Shown: piece by piece, positions 44,989-53,787 of the stretch | Layout: the number at the start of each line of letters is the position of its first letter | How positions within the stretch are numbered: position 1 is the first letter of the stretch | Assembly: GCA_964430135.1 (NCBI GenBank) | Contig: CAYSEG010000001.1 | Span: 5,959 to 59,802, forward strand | Direction of reading: 5' to 3' | From: an uncultured Candidatus Saccharibacteria bacterium | GTDB taxonomy: Bacteria > Patescibacteriota > Minisyncoccia > JAHIHE01 > DAOWLE01 | DNA: 53,844 nt | Notes under the pieces: model-generated | Databases searched by the model: none | The model's input: the letters and a program-made list of their open reading frames with translations, nothing else | Told to the model about the DNA's origin: nothing | Position numbers and translations under genes: made by a program

Positions 44989-47922
44989 TTATTTGCTCAG
45001 TATATCAAAAACCGCCTTAACGATCATATAAGAAATACCTGAAACAAATAAACCAACTATCGCGTAGATGATAATTTTCTTGGCTTTTTCTAATTTTATT
45101 TCCTGCCCGGTAGCTGTCATATACATTAAACCTCCAATAATAAGCACAAAAAGAGCAAGCAACGCAATTATGCCCAGAACCCAATCAACCACATTAAGTA
45201 AAATATCAAGAAGAGGTCTATTGGCAAGGCCAAAACTGCCGGAACAATCAACATCAAATACACATTGAGTTTCTCCCGGACTACACCCTACTCCACCAGA
45301 ACATCCGGGAGGGACACAGATTTGCCCTCTTTGCGTATCAACCTTGCATCCGTGAGCGCCGCAACCGTCATCCTTCCAATGGCAACATTCCTGGGCAATG
45401 CCGTCGCAATCTTCATCTATTCCATTGCCACAGACTTCAGTTGCGGGGGCGCAAGAATTTCCACTGCAATGAGTGCCGGCATCACAGGATTTACTTTCAG
45501 TTTTACAATTATAATCACCCGACGAATCATCGCAATAGTGATCTACTAGCGAACATTCCACACAGGAATCTGAAGGGCACTGAGAATCTGTTGTGCAGCA
45601 TGTGCCGCTTGCGCAACAAATACCGCCTTGGCTGTAATTTGAACAGCACCAACTTGAATCCCCGCCATCGCTTTGCCCATTTGGAATACAATCTGTACAG
45701 CTTCCATCTGCCGCTACCAAAGTATGGCCTAAAGAACTATTACAGCATTTTGAACCATGTGCTGTTATGCCCGGACCTTCTGTAGCAAGAAATTCATCAG
45801 GATCGTCGCCGCAGCATTCTATTTCGCTTCCCGTATCATATTCGCCGAATTGGGCGGTTTCTCCGCCGGCAACCCATGCTCCGGTAATATTACAAGTAAC
45901 GAGAGCGCCACCTTCGCAAACAGACTGAGTCCTATCACAATCAACCCATGTGCCTGCTGGCGGCATTGGACCGCTGGTACAAACTGCTCCCGGACCAGTA
46001 CCTCCTAAATTAATCGTTGTAAAACAATCATAGCATGTATTATTATACACGCATTTTGGTGCACCAGCACAAGCATTAGGACCACAGCAAGCTTCATCGC
46101 TTGCATCATCTCCTCCAAAAGCACAACCTTCATCGGCAATATCATCACAAGAACTGCTTGCATCTTTTCTATATCCGTATGTTTCTCCGGGATCTCCTGA
46201 ATCTCCACAACAAGTTGTAGGAGAAGATTCTCCGCCCTTTCCCCAGCAGGTTCCTCCATTACAGGTAAACCCGGGACAAGTAGCTCCTGTTTCGCAGAAA
46301 TTTTTATTTGAATCGCAGTCGCAGTCTGCATCAGCTACGCATCGAAAAGGAGTAACCGCAGGATCGCACACTCCGCCAGAACAGCCAGCGGGCCCGCAAG
46401 ATTCGCCTCTTTCTGAAGCTGGATCACATCCATGAGCTCCGCATCCGTCATCCTGCCATGCGCAACAAACATTAGGGCAGCTTCCTCCGCAATCAGTCCC
46501 GGTTTCATCACAATCTTGAATTCCATTAATACAATGGTCCGCACAATTGGCCCAAACATTACAGTTCCCAGAGCCATCACATTGTTTGTCGCATATATGA
46601 TGCCAGCCCCCTCCTCCATCGCGGCAAAGATTTGTGTCGCAGAAATCACCAGCCCCGCAAACGCCTCCCGAGCAAGCGGTATTTGCCGGACAATTAACTA
46701 AAGAACTTTTACAATAATGGTCGGTTGTATTATCGCAATAGTTGTCAGTTAATTGGCAATCGCCCGAACAGCTATCCGCAGGACAATCAGCATCGTTTGA
46801 GCAACAAGTATGTCCTGCATCACAGCAAATTCCATTTTGGCAATTGCCAGAACAACAATCTCCGTCCACAATACAGGCTCCGCCGTTGGAGACGCAAGTA
46901 ATGATAGAACCAGTGACAGTTTGATTATATTCTTCAAAAGCCAAACCAGAACGACTACTAAAGCTTATTACTAATTTTTGGTTAGTCCCAGATACAATAT
47001 CAGTTGTATAGCTTTGAACATCAGGACCACTAGTACAATACCATTTACTATTACACAATTCTATGCTCCCATTTGTTCCATCAAACCTATAATCAATACC
47101 TGGTATTATACACGCTGCTCCAGAACCACAAGCACTCTTTTCGACGTACTCAAAACTTACATTTGTAATATGATAGTGAGCACCACTTTTAGACGGAAAG
47201 ATAAAAGTATGATTTCTATAACACGAGGATGCTGAGTGTACTGATTGCGACCCACAATTATTCTTATAACTAAAAGCTCCGGCAGGTTCTGCTTTCACAT
47301 TTATGCACCATTTGTCAGGATCAACACAACCCCAAACAGGCAAATAAACATTATTCCCTTCCCAGTCCGAAGTTGACGCCCAGTATTTGATTGTCTTGTT
47401 TGTATATAAAGAAAGGTTAAAAGATTCCGCGCAAGTCGCATTTTTAGTACCCGAAGCAAAACTGCAGGTATTTGAATGCTGGACTCCACTAACCTCCCAG
47501 TAAATTGTAATATTATGAATTCCGGAACCGACAGTTCCGTCAGCGTTGTCTATAGCGTCTACCTCAATATTAATATTTCCAAGTGTGTCAAAAGTCGTAA
47601 CCCCCCCCTTATAAGTATCTCCGTCCGAATCCCTAATCTCAAGTCGAGTAATTGCCGGAGGCTTGGTATCTGAAGACGATGCCAAAACGCTTCCAGCAAG
47701 TCCTGTCGCGGCATAAATTGCTCCGCCAGATTCAAAAGGAGAGTAGACAGTTACTGCACCAGCTAAATCGCCCGTATTAGTAGGAGCTTGAGCTTGAACC
47801 GATAACCCCTTGATAAACCCTGTGGTAAGCTTGTTGAATCCATCAGGGCATAAATTTGATAAAGACAGACTAAATAAAATAACTAATCCACTTAAAATAA
47901 TTTTTAGTTTTAGATTATGCAT
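44989..47922 (-). CDS. large secreted Cys-rich repeat protein with a C-terminal two-TM (TrbC/VirB2-pilin-like) anchor
   Basis: Signal-peptide-like MHNLKLKIILSGLVILFSLSLS. More than 100 Cys in repeated modules (CCSNDADCPADSC.../CCTTDSQCPSDSC...; CCAWQDDGCGAHGC.../CCHWKDDGCGAHGC...). The C-terminus has two hydrophobic helices. Visibly higher G+C than the flanks. Confidence 0.8.
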   Translation of the reverse strand: MHNLKLKIILSGLVILFSLSLSNLCPDGFNKLTTGFIKGLSVQAQAPTNTGDLAGAVTVYSPFESGGAIYAATGLAGSVLASSSDTKPPAITRLEIRDSDGDTYKGGVTTFDTLGNINIEVDAIDNADGTVGSGIHNITIYWEVSGVQHSNTCSFASGTKNATCAESFNLSLYTNKTIKYWASTSDWEGNNVYLPVWGCVDPDKWCINVKAEPAGAFSYKNNCGSQSVHSASSCYRNHTFIFPSKSGAHYHITNVSFEYVEKSACGSGAACIIPGIDYRFDGTNGSIELCNSKWYCTSGPDVQSYTTDIVSGTNQKLVISFSSRSGLAFEEYNQTVTGSIITCVSNGGACIVDGDCCSGNCQNGICCDAGHTCCSNDADCPADSCSGDCQLTDNYCDNTTDHYCKSSLVNCPANTACSGGVCGAGDFCDTNLCRDGGGGWHHICDKQCDGSGNCNVWANCADHCINGIQDCDETGTDCGGSCPNVCCAWQDDGCGAHGCDPASERGESCGPAGCSGGVCDPAVTPFRCVADADCDCDSNKNFCETGATCPGFTCNGGTCWGKGGESSPTTCCGDSGDPGETYGYRKDASSSCDDIADEGCAFGGDDASDEACCGPNACAGAPKCVYNNTCYDCFTTINLGGTGPGAVCTSGPMPPAGTWVDCDRTQSVCEGGALVTCNITGAWVAGGETAQFGEYDTGSEIECCGDDPDEFLATEGPGITAHGSKCCNSSLGHTLVAADGSCTDCIPNGQSDGGDSSWCCSNYSQGGICCASGTCCTTDSQCPSDSCVECSLVDHYCDDSSGDYNCKTESKSCDAGTHCSGNSCAPATEVCGNGIDEDCDGIAQECCHWKDDGCGAHGCKVDTQRGQICVPPGCSGGVGCSPGETQCVFDVDCSGSFGLANRPLLDILLNVVDWVLGIIALLALFVLIIGGLMYMTATGQEIKLEKAKKIIIYAIVGLFVSGISYMIVKAVFDILSK

Positions 47923-47976
47923 AATAATTTTCAATTTACAATTTTCAAGCACCAACAAAATTCCAAATCTCAATTT

Positions 47977-48329
47977 TCAAACCTTATTTTTGCTGGATTT
48001 TATAATATTTGAAAACATTAAAAGTAATTCTTGGACTTCCTGCCATAAGCTTCTAAATTCTTTTCTGAGCTCAGGATTTACTTTTGCTAAGAATCGTAAC
48101 CAATGCTTACTTCCTTTAATTTTTTCTTGGCAATGCTAATTTTATGTTGAAAATCATTTTTACTTTCTATCTAATTTGCCTCTCAATAATTTGCTCCGAT
48201 TGAACCTGCTGAGCCAACAGCTTATCTTGTAAAACAATTATTTATTGAATTTTTTGGCAAAACTTTGCATAAACACACAACTCTTTTGATAAACTCCGTT
48301 GTTCTTTCTTCTAAATCAAACTTATGCAT
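47977..48329 (-). pseudogene. heavily decayed four-helix-bundle (23S rRNA IVS protein/Avd-like) gene
   Basis: MHKFDLEERTTEFIKRVVCLCKVLPKNSINNCFTR*AVGSAGSIGANY*EAN... then a frameshift to ...WLRFLAKVNPELRKEFRSLWQEVQELLLMFSNIIKSSKNKV*. In-frame TAA, TGA and TAG plus at least one frameshift. Confidence 0.55.
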
Positions 48330-48443
48330 ATTTTTGTTTACTGAAATTTAGTTATTGGTTATTGATGTTTGATTGCTCTTTTGGTTATTACATCTTGGTT
48401 ATTGTATATTTTGTTTTTATTCTTTGTTTTTTTGGTTATTTCC

Positions 48444-49109
48444 TCAATTTCCTCCTATTTTAATCGGCAATCCCATTTCTCCGACGGCAAAGAGTTCAAA
48501 TTCGTCAAGGCACTTTTCTAAAGTTAAGTTGTAAACGTTATTTTCCGCTTTTTCCATTTTAAAAGTTTCGTAAGCGTTTTCTCCTGTCTTTGCCACAAAT
48601 CTGTATATTTCGCATTTTCCCTGCGTATTTACTTTTGCCTTTATAGTAAAATTATTTTCTCCTTCGCATTTTTGCTCAATGATTTCCAAACTGCCCTTGC
48701 AGTTTTCACGGATTTCTTCTCTTTTTTCTTTGGTTATTATTCCCGTCTGCTTTTGGAAAGATTTTACAAATTTGTTTGGTTTTTCATTCTCTTTTTTATT
48801 TATCACAACCCCGAAATATTCTCCGCAGTCGTATGTCTGGCAAGTTTCGTATTCTCCTTCACTCTGGCACTGCGCCAAATATTCACAGGAAGAATCTTTG
48901 CAATTCTCTGATAAAATCCGGCAATCTTTAAATTTTTCCGGCCGAGTTATTGAAGGTTCTTCTTGTTGCCATTGATAAATCCGCTTAAAAACAAAAAAAA
49001 CAAACAAAATCATTAAAATGATAATCAGCCCAAAAAACAATAAAATTAGTTTTTTGTTTTTTAATGTTTTTGTTTCTTTGAAATTTAATTCCATTTTTTC
49101 AAAATTCAA
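48444..49109 (-). CDS. hypothetical membrane-anchored Cys-containing extracytoplasmic protein
   Basis: 221 aa. N-terminal TM (LILLFFGLIIILMILFVFFVF), then 12 Cys in a soluble domain. No family recognised. Confidence 0.55.
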   Translation of the reverse strand: MNFEKMELNFKETKTLKNKKLILLFFGLIIILMILFVFFVFKRIYQWQQEEPSITRPEKFKDCRILSENCKDSSCEYLAQCQSEGEYETCQTYDCGEYFGVVINKKENEKPNKFVKSFQKQTGIITKEKREEIRENCKGSLEIIEQKCEGENNFTIKAKVNTQGKCEIYRFVAKTGENAYETFKMEKAENNVYNLTLEKCLDEFELFAVGEMGLPIKIGGN

Positions 49110-49196
49110 ATTAAATAAATAATAAATTGCTCGCGCGTTTAAGAAATTGAGTCTCTTAAAGAATATAAAGCCGAAAAAACTTAACTAAAACAATAT

Positions 49197-49595
49197 CTAA
49201 TTATAATCCACCGCACTTTTCATATGCCTTAAATTTGCTCTATGATTTTCTTCGTTTATTTCTATCGCAATAACATCAATCCTCCAATTTGTATCCTCGG
49301 GATAATGTTTTTTAAAAAGATAATTTCTGGCTGTCTGGATTATTTTTTTTCGTTTAAAAAAATTCACAGCGTCTTCAGGTAAGCCATAACTCCTATTTTT
49401 CAATTTATTTCTTGTCTTCACTTCAATAAAAACCAAATTTTTATTTCCTTTTCGATTATTTTCCCGGGCAATAATATCGATCTCGCCCCATTGCTTCTGC
49501 CAATTTAAATCAATAATTTTATAGTTTTGTTTTTCTAAATACTCTCGGGCAATCTTTTCCCCTAAATCTCCTAATTTTCTCCTCGGGGTACTCAT
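49197..49595 (-). CDS. YraN-family (UPF0102) endonuclease-like protein
   Basis: LGEKIAREYLEKQNYKII...GEIDIIA...LVFIEVKTR motifs. The internal Met (MSTPRR) is the likely start. Confidence 0.8.
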   Translation of the reverse strand: MSTPRRKLGDLGEKIAREYLEKQNYKIIDLNWQKQWGEIDIIARENNRKGNKNLVFIEVKTRNKLKNRSYGLPEDAVNFFKRKKIIQTARNYLFKKHYPEDTNWRIDVIAIEINEENHRANLRHMKSAVDYN

Positions 49596-49733
49596 AATAA
49601 TATTCACACTTATTAATAGTTTTATAATAAAACATTTTTTTAATTTTGACAAGTGGATAACTCCATAACCATTCATTGTCGCTATTGAGAAAGTGTATTA
49701 CCGCATGCCTCAACTCTTACTGACACATTCTTC

Positions 49734-49762
49734 TTGACTAATTTCTTAATTTATGGTATAAT
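49734..49762 (+). promoter_or_regulatory. strong orphan sigma70-like promoter pointing into the antisense strand of the RAYT pseudogene
   Basis: TTGACT (49734-49739), 17 nt, TATAAT (49757-49762). No plus-strand ORF lies downstream. Confidence 0.4.
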
Positions 49763-49928
49763 AAAAAAATAGCGAATTAAGCACACTATGGACAGTCTCT
49801 ACATAAATTTACACATACAAACTTTTCCTGGATTTTGTTATATAAAAACACAAATAGAAAATAATATCAAATTTGGCTGTAGGGAATAAAAATTTTCGTT
49901 CTGCATTCATATAAATAAATTTTCCGGA

Positions 49929-50598
49929 TTATTCCTGTCTAAATTCCCATCGCAGCGGATTATTTCTGACATATTCACGAATGTTATTCAAAGATTTTTC
50001 ATCCCGGATTATATGGTCGTAAAATAATTTTTGCCAATTTTGCCAAGCAAAAAAATATTTCATTTCGTATTTGATTTATCTGTTTTGTTACGGCGGATTT
50101 AAATAAACCGGTAATAACAGGCAATTTCTGATATTGTCGTTTATTTCCCATATTATGTAGGGAACAGGCATGCCTGTTCCCTACAACAATATCATCTTCG
50201 ACAATCAAAATTTCGTGCAAATGATTCGGCATTATAATACATTCATCTAATTTTGCATTTGGAAAATATTCTGGAATTTCTAACTAATATTGATTTACGA
50301 TTTTCCTATATTCATTTAAAATCATCTCACTGTCTATGATTTCGCCAAAACATTTAATTTTGTCTTTTATACAAATCGTTACAAAATAACAACCGTCTGT
50401 TGAATAATCATAATCCTTTAATCGGATTGATTGGCGATGATGGATTTGATGGATTTTTGGGTTATATTCATTTAATATACTGTTCCTGTTCTCCCTATTA
50501 TTCTGCGTATTTATTTTTATTGGATTGATTTTAAACCTGCCTCTAAAATTAACCCAGCAACAAGCCAAAAAACCAATTGTCCTGACTGAATAGTCCAA
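49929..50598 (-). pseudogene. REP-associated tyrosine transposase (RAYT / IS200-like Y1 HUH transposase), inactivated
   Basis: HHRQSIRLKDYDYSTDGCYFVTICIKDK...NQY*LEIPEYFPNAKLDECIIMPNHLHEILIV...SAVTKQINQIRNE, then a frameshift at a T7 run to FAWQNWQKLFYDHIIRDEKSLNNIREYVRNNPLRWEF. In-frame TAG where Trp is expected. No usable start, and it overlaps the upstream gene. Confidence 0.75.
50157..50184. repeat. perfect 28-nt palindrome beginning GTAG, inside the RAYT pseudogene
   Basis: gtagggaacaggcatgcctgttccctac. Confidence 0.8.
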
Positions 50599-52118
50599 AA
50601 ATAATGGTCAAATAAGCCAATAAATAAAAATCCGATAAAAATTAGAAAAAAAGGCAGAGATATATTGCAGCAAGCTTCTATTTCATCAATTTTTTCTTGT
50701 TTCAACTCACCATTTTTTGCTTTATTTAAGCTATTATTCGCCAAATGTTTCACGTGAAACATTTTTGATTGATTATTTATCGGCTCATTTAAAATTTTAT
50801 TAAAAGAAAAATTACTCAATGATTTTTGGCTTAAATAAGCCATTTTTAGAATATTTAGAATTATAAAAACAAACAAAATAAAACCAATTATTCCCAATTC
50901 AGAAAAAATTAATAAATAAATATTATGGACCGGTTGATATTGCCAAAATTCAAGTTTAACTGGGCTAAAATCAGCCATATTTAGCGTAAAATTGCCTATT
51001 CCCACGCCTTGAAAAAAATTTTCTTTTATCATAGAAAAAGCGATATTATTAAACAGCAATCTATCTGAAAATGCCTGCTCTTTGATATCTAAAGCGATTC
51101 TCCCGCTGATTTGGGGATAGATAAAGAATAAAGAATAAAGAATAAAGAATAAAATAATAAACAAAAGTGCGATTTTTGGCTTATTAAAACGAAAATTCGC
51201 AAATGTTTCACGTGAAACATTCTTATGAAAAATTAACAAAGAGAAAACACTCAGTAAAACCATTCCCGTCCAAGCGATTCGGGAAAAAGTAAGAATAAAG
51301 GCAAAAATTTGAACATAAATAACAACAAAAATGGCTAAAAATAGCCATTTTTTCTTTATTTCGTTGAATAAAAAATTTCTGAAGTAATTTGTTTTAATTA
51401 AGAATAATAGCCAAAAACTACAGATTATAGACAAAAATAGAAAACCGGCCAGCACATTCGGATGCGGAAAAGTGCCGTAAATACGGATTATTTTTTCACC
51501 ATTTACTACAATTTTAGCTACTCCGGCTAAATCAGGATTTAAAATTGACTCTCCAAGCCATTTAAAACCTATTGAATGTTGAATGAAATATTGCCAAATC
51601 CCTATAACTGCCTGTGTAAAACCTGTGGACACAAGACAAACAACTGTAAAAAAGAGAATTTTAACTGTGTTTATCCTGTGGATAACAAAAATGAGCAAAA
51701 GTATGGATTCAATTAGTTTTAAACTTTGATAGAGCCCAATTTGGCTATTTTTAGCCCAAAATGAACTAAAAAAGGACCAAAAAATAAAAGAAAATAATAA
51801 ACTGTAAATTATCAATAGCGATTTACTATTAAAAAAAGAATTAATTTTTAGTTGTGAATTATCTGTAGATAACTTTTTTCCCCTTGACTGTTGAATATAT
51901 TTGTTGTATAATATATTGACAATCCATAAAATAAGTGTTGTAATTAGCAAAATATCTGATAGATAAACAAAAAAAGTCGTATAATAAAGAAAGTGTTTTG
52001 TAAAATATGAATCCCTTGACAAAAATGTAATTTTAGTTCCTAATGGGATGGATAAGATAAAAAGATAGAAGAAAAATAATTCTGGAGAATTTTTTAAAAA
52101 TTTAGTAACAAATTTCAT
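50517..52118 (-). CDS. O-antigen ligase / Wzy_C-family polytopic membrane protein
   Basis: 533 aa, more than 10 TM. The block QPVHNIYLLIFSELGIIGF resembles the Wzy_C motif. Confidence 0.7.
   Translation of the reverse strand: MKFVTKFLKNSPELFFFYLFILSIPLGTKITFLSRDSYFTKHFLYYTTFFVYLSDILLITTLILWIVNILYNKYIQQSRGKKLSTDNSQLKINSFFNSKSLLIIYSLLFSFIFWSFFSSFWAKNSQIGLYQSLKLIESILLLIFVIHRINTVKILFFTVVCLVSTGFTQAVIGIWQYFIQHSIGFKWLGESILNPDLAGVAKIVVNGEKIIRIYGTFPHPNVLAGFLFLSIICSFWLLFLIKTNYFRNFLFNEIKKKWLFLAIFVVIYVQIFAFILTFSRIAWTGMVLLSVFSLLIFHKNVSRETFANFRFNKPKIALLFIILFFILYSLFFIYPQISGRIALDIKEQAFSDRLLFNNIAFSMIKENFFQGVGIGNFTLNMADFSPVKLEFWQYQPVHNIYLLIFSELGIIGFILFVFIILNILKMAYLSQKSLSNFSFNKILNEPINNQSKMFHVKHLANNSLNKAKNGELKQEKIDEIEACCNISLPFFLIFIGFLFIGLFDHYFWTIQSGQLVFWLVAGLILEAGLKSIQ
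50743..50764. repeat. 22-nt perfect palindrome inside the coding sequence, copy 2
   Basis: aaatgtttcacgtgaaacattt, translated KMFHVKHL. Confidence 0.85.
51202..51221. repeat. 20-nt perfect palindrome inside the coding sequence, copy 1
   Basis: aatgtttcacgtgaaacatt, translated NVSRETF in a different frame from the copy at 50743. Confidence 0.85.
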
Positions 52119-52338
52119 CTTACTTTATTAAAATTTATATTATCAAAAACAATTTAGCCATTTGGTAATTTAACAATTACAAAAATTGTACAAATTTTGT
52201 CGGTAAGATCACCATAATAAATATCTAAATGTATAGTTTATAAAAGCTAATTATATTTTTATCTTATCAGGTTATTTTATTTAAAGCAATAAAAAAGAAC
52301 CAAGATGTATTTATGCAACTTAGTTTATTTCGGAATTT

Positions 52339-52617
52339 CTATTTCTTGCTTTTTTGAAATTTCATTAAATCAAATCTGTATTTCAAAATAATTTCCCCTC
52401 GTTCAAAAGGTTCCATTACTTTTACTTCTAAGATATCTCCTGGATGCACAAAATTATCGACGGGCTTATGTTCTTTCTTAAATAATCCTATATGTGTGCC
52501 ACTATATTCACTAGTCGTATATTTTTCTATAACTCTCATTATTCTTTCTGGTGTATATTCCAACACAGATGGAAAATCTCTCAGGTCTATATCTAATATA
52601 TTTATCGTTTCTACCAA
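52339..52617 (-). CDS. hypothetical protein; probable true start at ATG 52697-52699, out of frame by one A in an A8 run
   Basis: 92-aa ORF from TTG. Upstream AGGAGGG-8nt-ATG GGA GAA AAA AAA TGA joins the long frame if the A8 run (plus-strand T8 at 52685-52692) is A7. Confidence 0.45.
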   Translation of the reverse strand: MVETINILDIDLRDFPSVLEYTPERIMRVIEKYTTSEYSGTHIGLFKKEHKPVDNFVHPGDILEVKVMEPFERGEIILKYRFDLMKFQKSKK

Positions 52618-52815
52618 AATTTCTTCAATCTCTTTGCGGATACCTAATTCTTGTTCATCTTTTCTTATTGTTTCATTTTCTTCATTTTTTTTCTCCCATT
52701 TTTTCAGCCCTCCTAATTTTTAGTGTACTTTAAAGGTAAACTATCACAAATCAAAATTCTGTCAAAATAAAAAAGAGGCTCAAACTAAATAAATTAGTTG
52801 TATTGCCCCAAACTT

Positions 52816-53721
52816 TTATTGTTTTGCGAAATGAAAAGTAAATTTCACCATACTATCAATGGTCCAATCTAAGCCGGCATCTCTGACTGCTTCAATGTTA
52901 TCCTCGATAAAAACTATCTCATCTATTTCTTCTATTTCTATTTCTTTTTGCAATCTTTGTTTGATTTCTTCGCCTGTGGACGGAATTTTTAGTTCTATAA
53001 CGAACATTGGTTGCCGGATATCTGGTACTTGAATTATCCCAAGAATTTCTAATTTGATCAACTGTTTTTCTTTAAGTTCTTCTTTTAATTCAGCCTTGAC
53101 CAACGTTTCTATCGAGGGATTTTTCTTGTGATCAATATGTTCTTTTGGGTCTAAAAATCCAGACGGCAGACTAACTGCTTTTCCTTGTGCTATAGACACT
53201 TTTTGTTTTCCGCGAATGCCAACTGGAATTTTTCCATCGGATGTTACAGTAGTCGCTCCCATCGAAATCGGAAGACAAACCTTTTTGTTGTATGACGGAT
53301 TTTCTAAATCAAGAACCGAAAATCCATTTCTTTTTGTTCCAATATATTGGTCAAAAGTCGCCTCGTTGTAGCGAATCATTATTGTTTCTCCGATCGTTTC
53401 AAAGCTATTTAAGCTTGCCACATTTCCCGGAAACGCGCCAGGAACTTTTTTGCAATGCCTTATCCATATATCCGCTATTCTTTTCAATGTCTCATTATTA
53501 AAATTCTGCAATCCCATTGATACAAATTCCACTTTCTTAAAAGGTCCAATTGCTAAAACCTGCGTATTCCTCATCTGATTCTCAAATCCCAGTTTCTTTG
53601 CTATTCTATACAAATCTTCTAATTCTATCGTTTTTATTCCTCCTATTTTTAATGTTTTAACATCTGATAGATAATAATCTATCGCCGTAGAAACATCCTT
53701 ATAGTAATCTAAAATAGCCAA
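52816..53721 (-). CDS. hypothetical protein, possibly a degenerate Nudix-like fold
   Basis: 301-aa ORF with a TTG start. C-terminal half LPSGFLDPKEHID...ETLVKAELKEELKE loosely resembles a Nudix box. Promoter TTGACA (53787-53792) lies upstream. Confidence 0.45.
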   Translation of the reverse strand: MAILDYYKDVSTAIDYYLSDVKTLKIGGIKTIELEDLYRIAKKLGFENQMRNTQVLAIGPFKKVEFVSMGLQNFNNETLKRIADIWIRHCKKVPGAFPGNVASLNSFETIGETIMIRYNEATFDQYIGTKRNGFSVLDLENPSYNKKVCLPISMGATTVTSDGKIPVGIRGKQKVSIAQGKAVSLPSGFLDPKEHIDHKKNPSIETLVKAELKEELKEKQLIKLEILGIIQVPDIRQPMFVIELKIPSTGEEIKQRLQKEIEIEEIDEIVFIEDNIEAVRDAGLDWTIDSMVKFTFHFAKQ

Positions 53722-53787
53722 CCATAAGGATGAATTTTTAAAAGAACAATTTATCCTGATAAGTTAGCATATCACCCCAAAATAATC

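Noticed and set aside
45068-47673. Many ORFs on both strands within 45068-47673 (for example 45441-45785, 46005-46331, 46335-46649).
   Set aside because: They are by-products of the stop-poor, G+C-richer Cys-rich gene. The 994-aa frame has the signal peptide, the repeats and the TM anchor.
47810-48139. 109-aa plus-strand ORF at 47810-48139, and ORFs 48672-48975 (+).
   Set aside because: They are antisense to the Cys-rich gene start and the four-helix-bundle remnant, and to the 221-aa gene.
44476-48329. Diversity-generating retroelement around the Cys-rich gene.
   Set aside because: Avd-like remnants are present, but there is no reverse transcriptase and no template/variable repeat pair with adenine-specific differences in the window.
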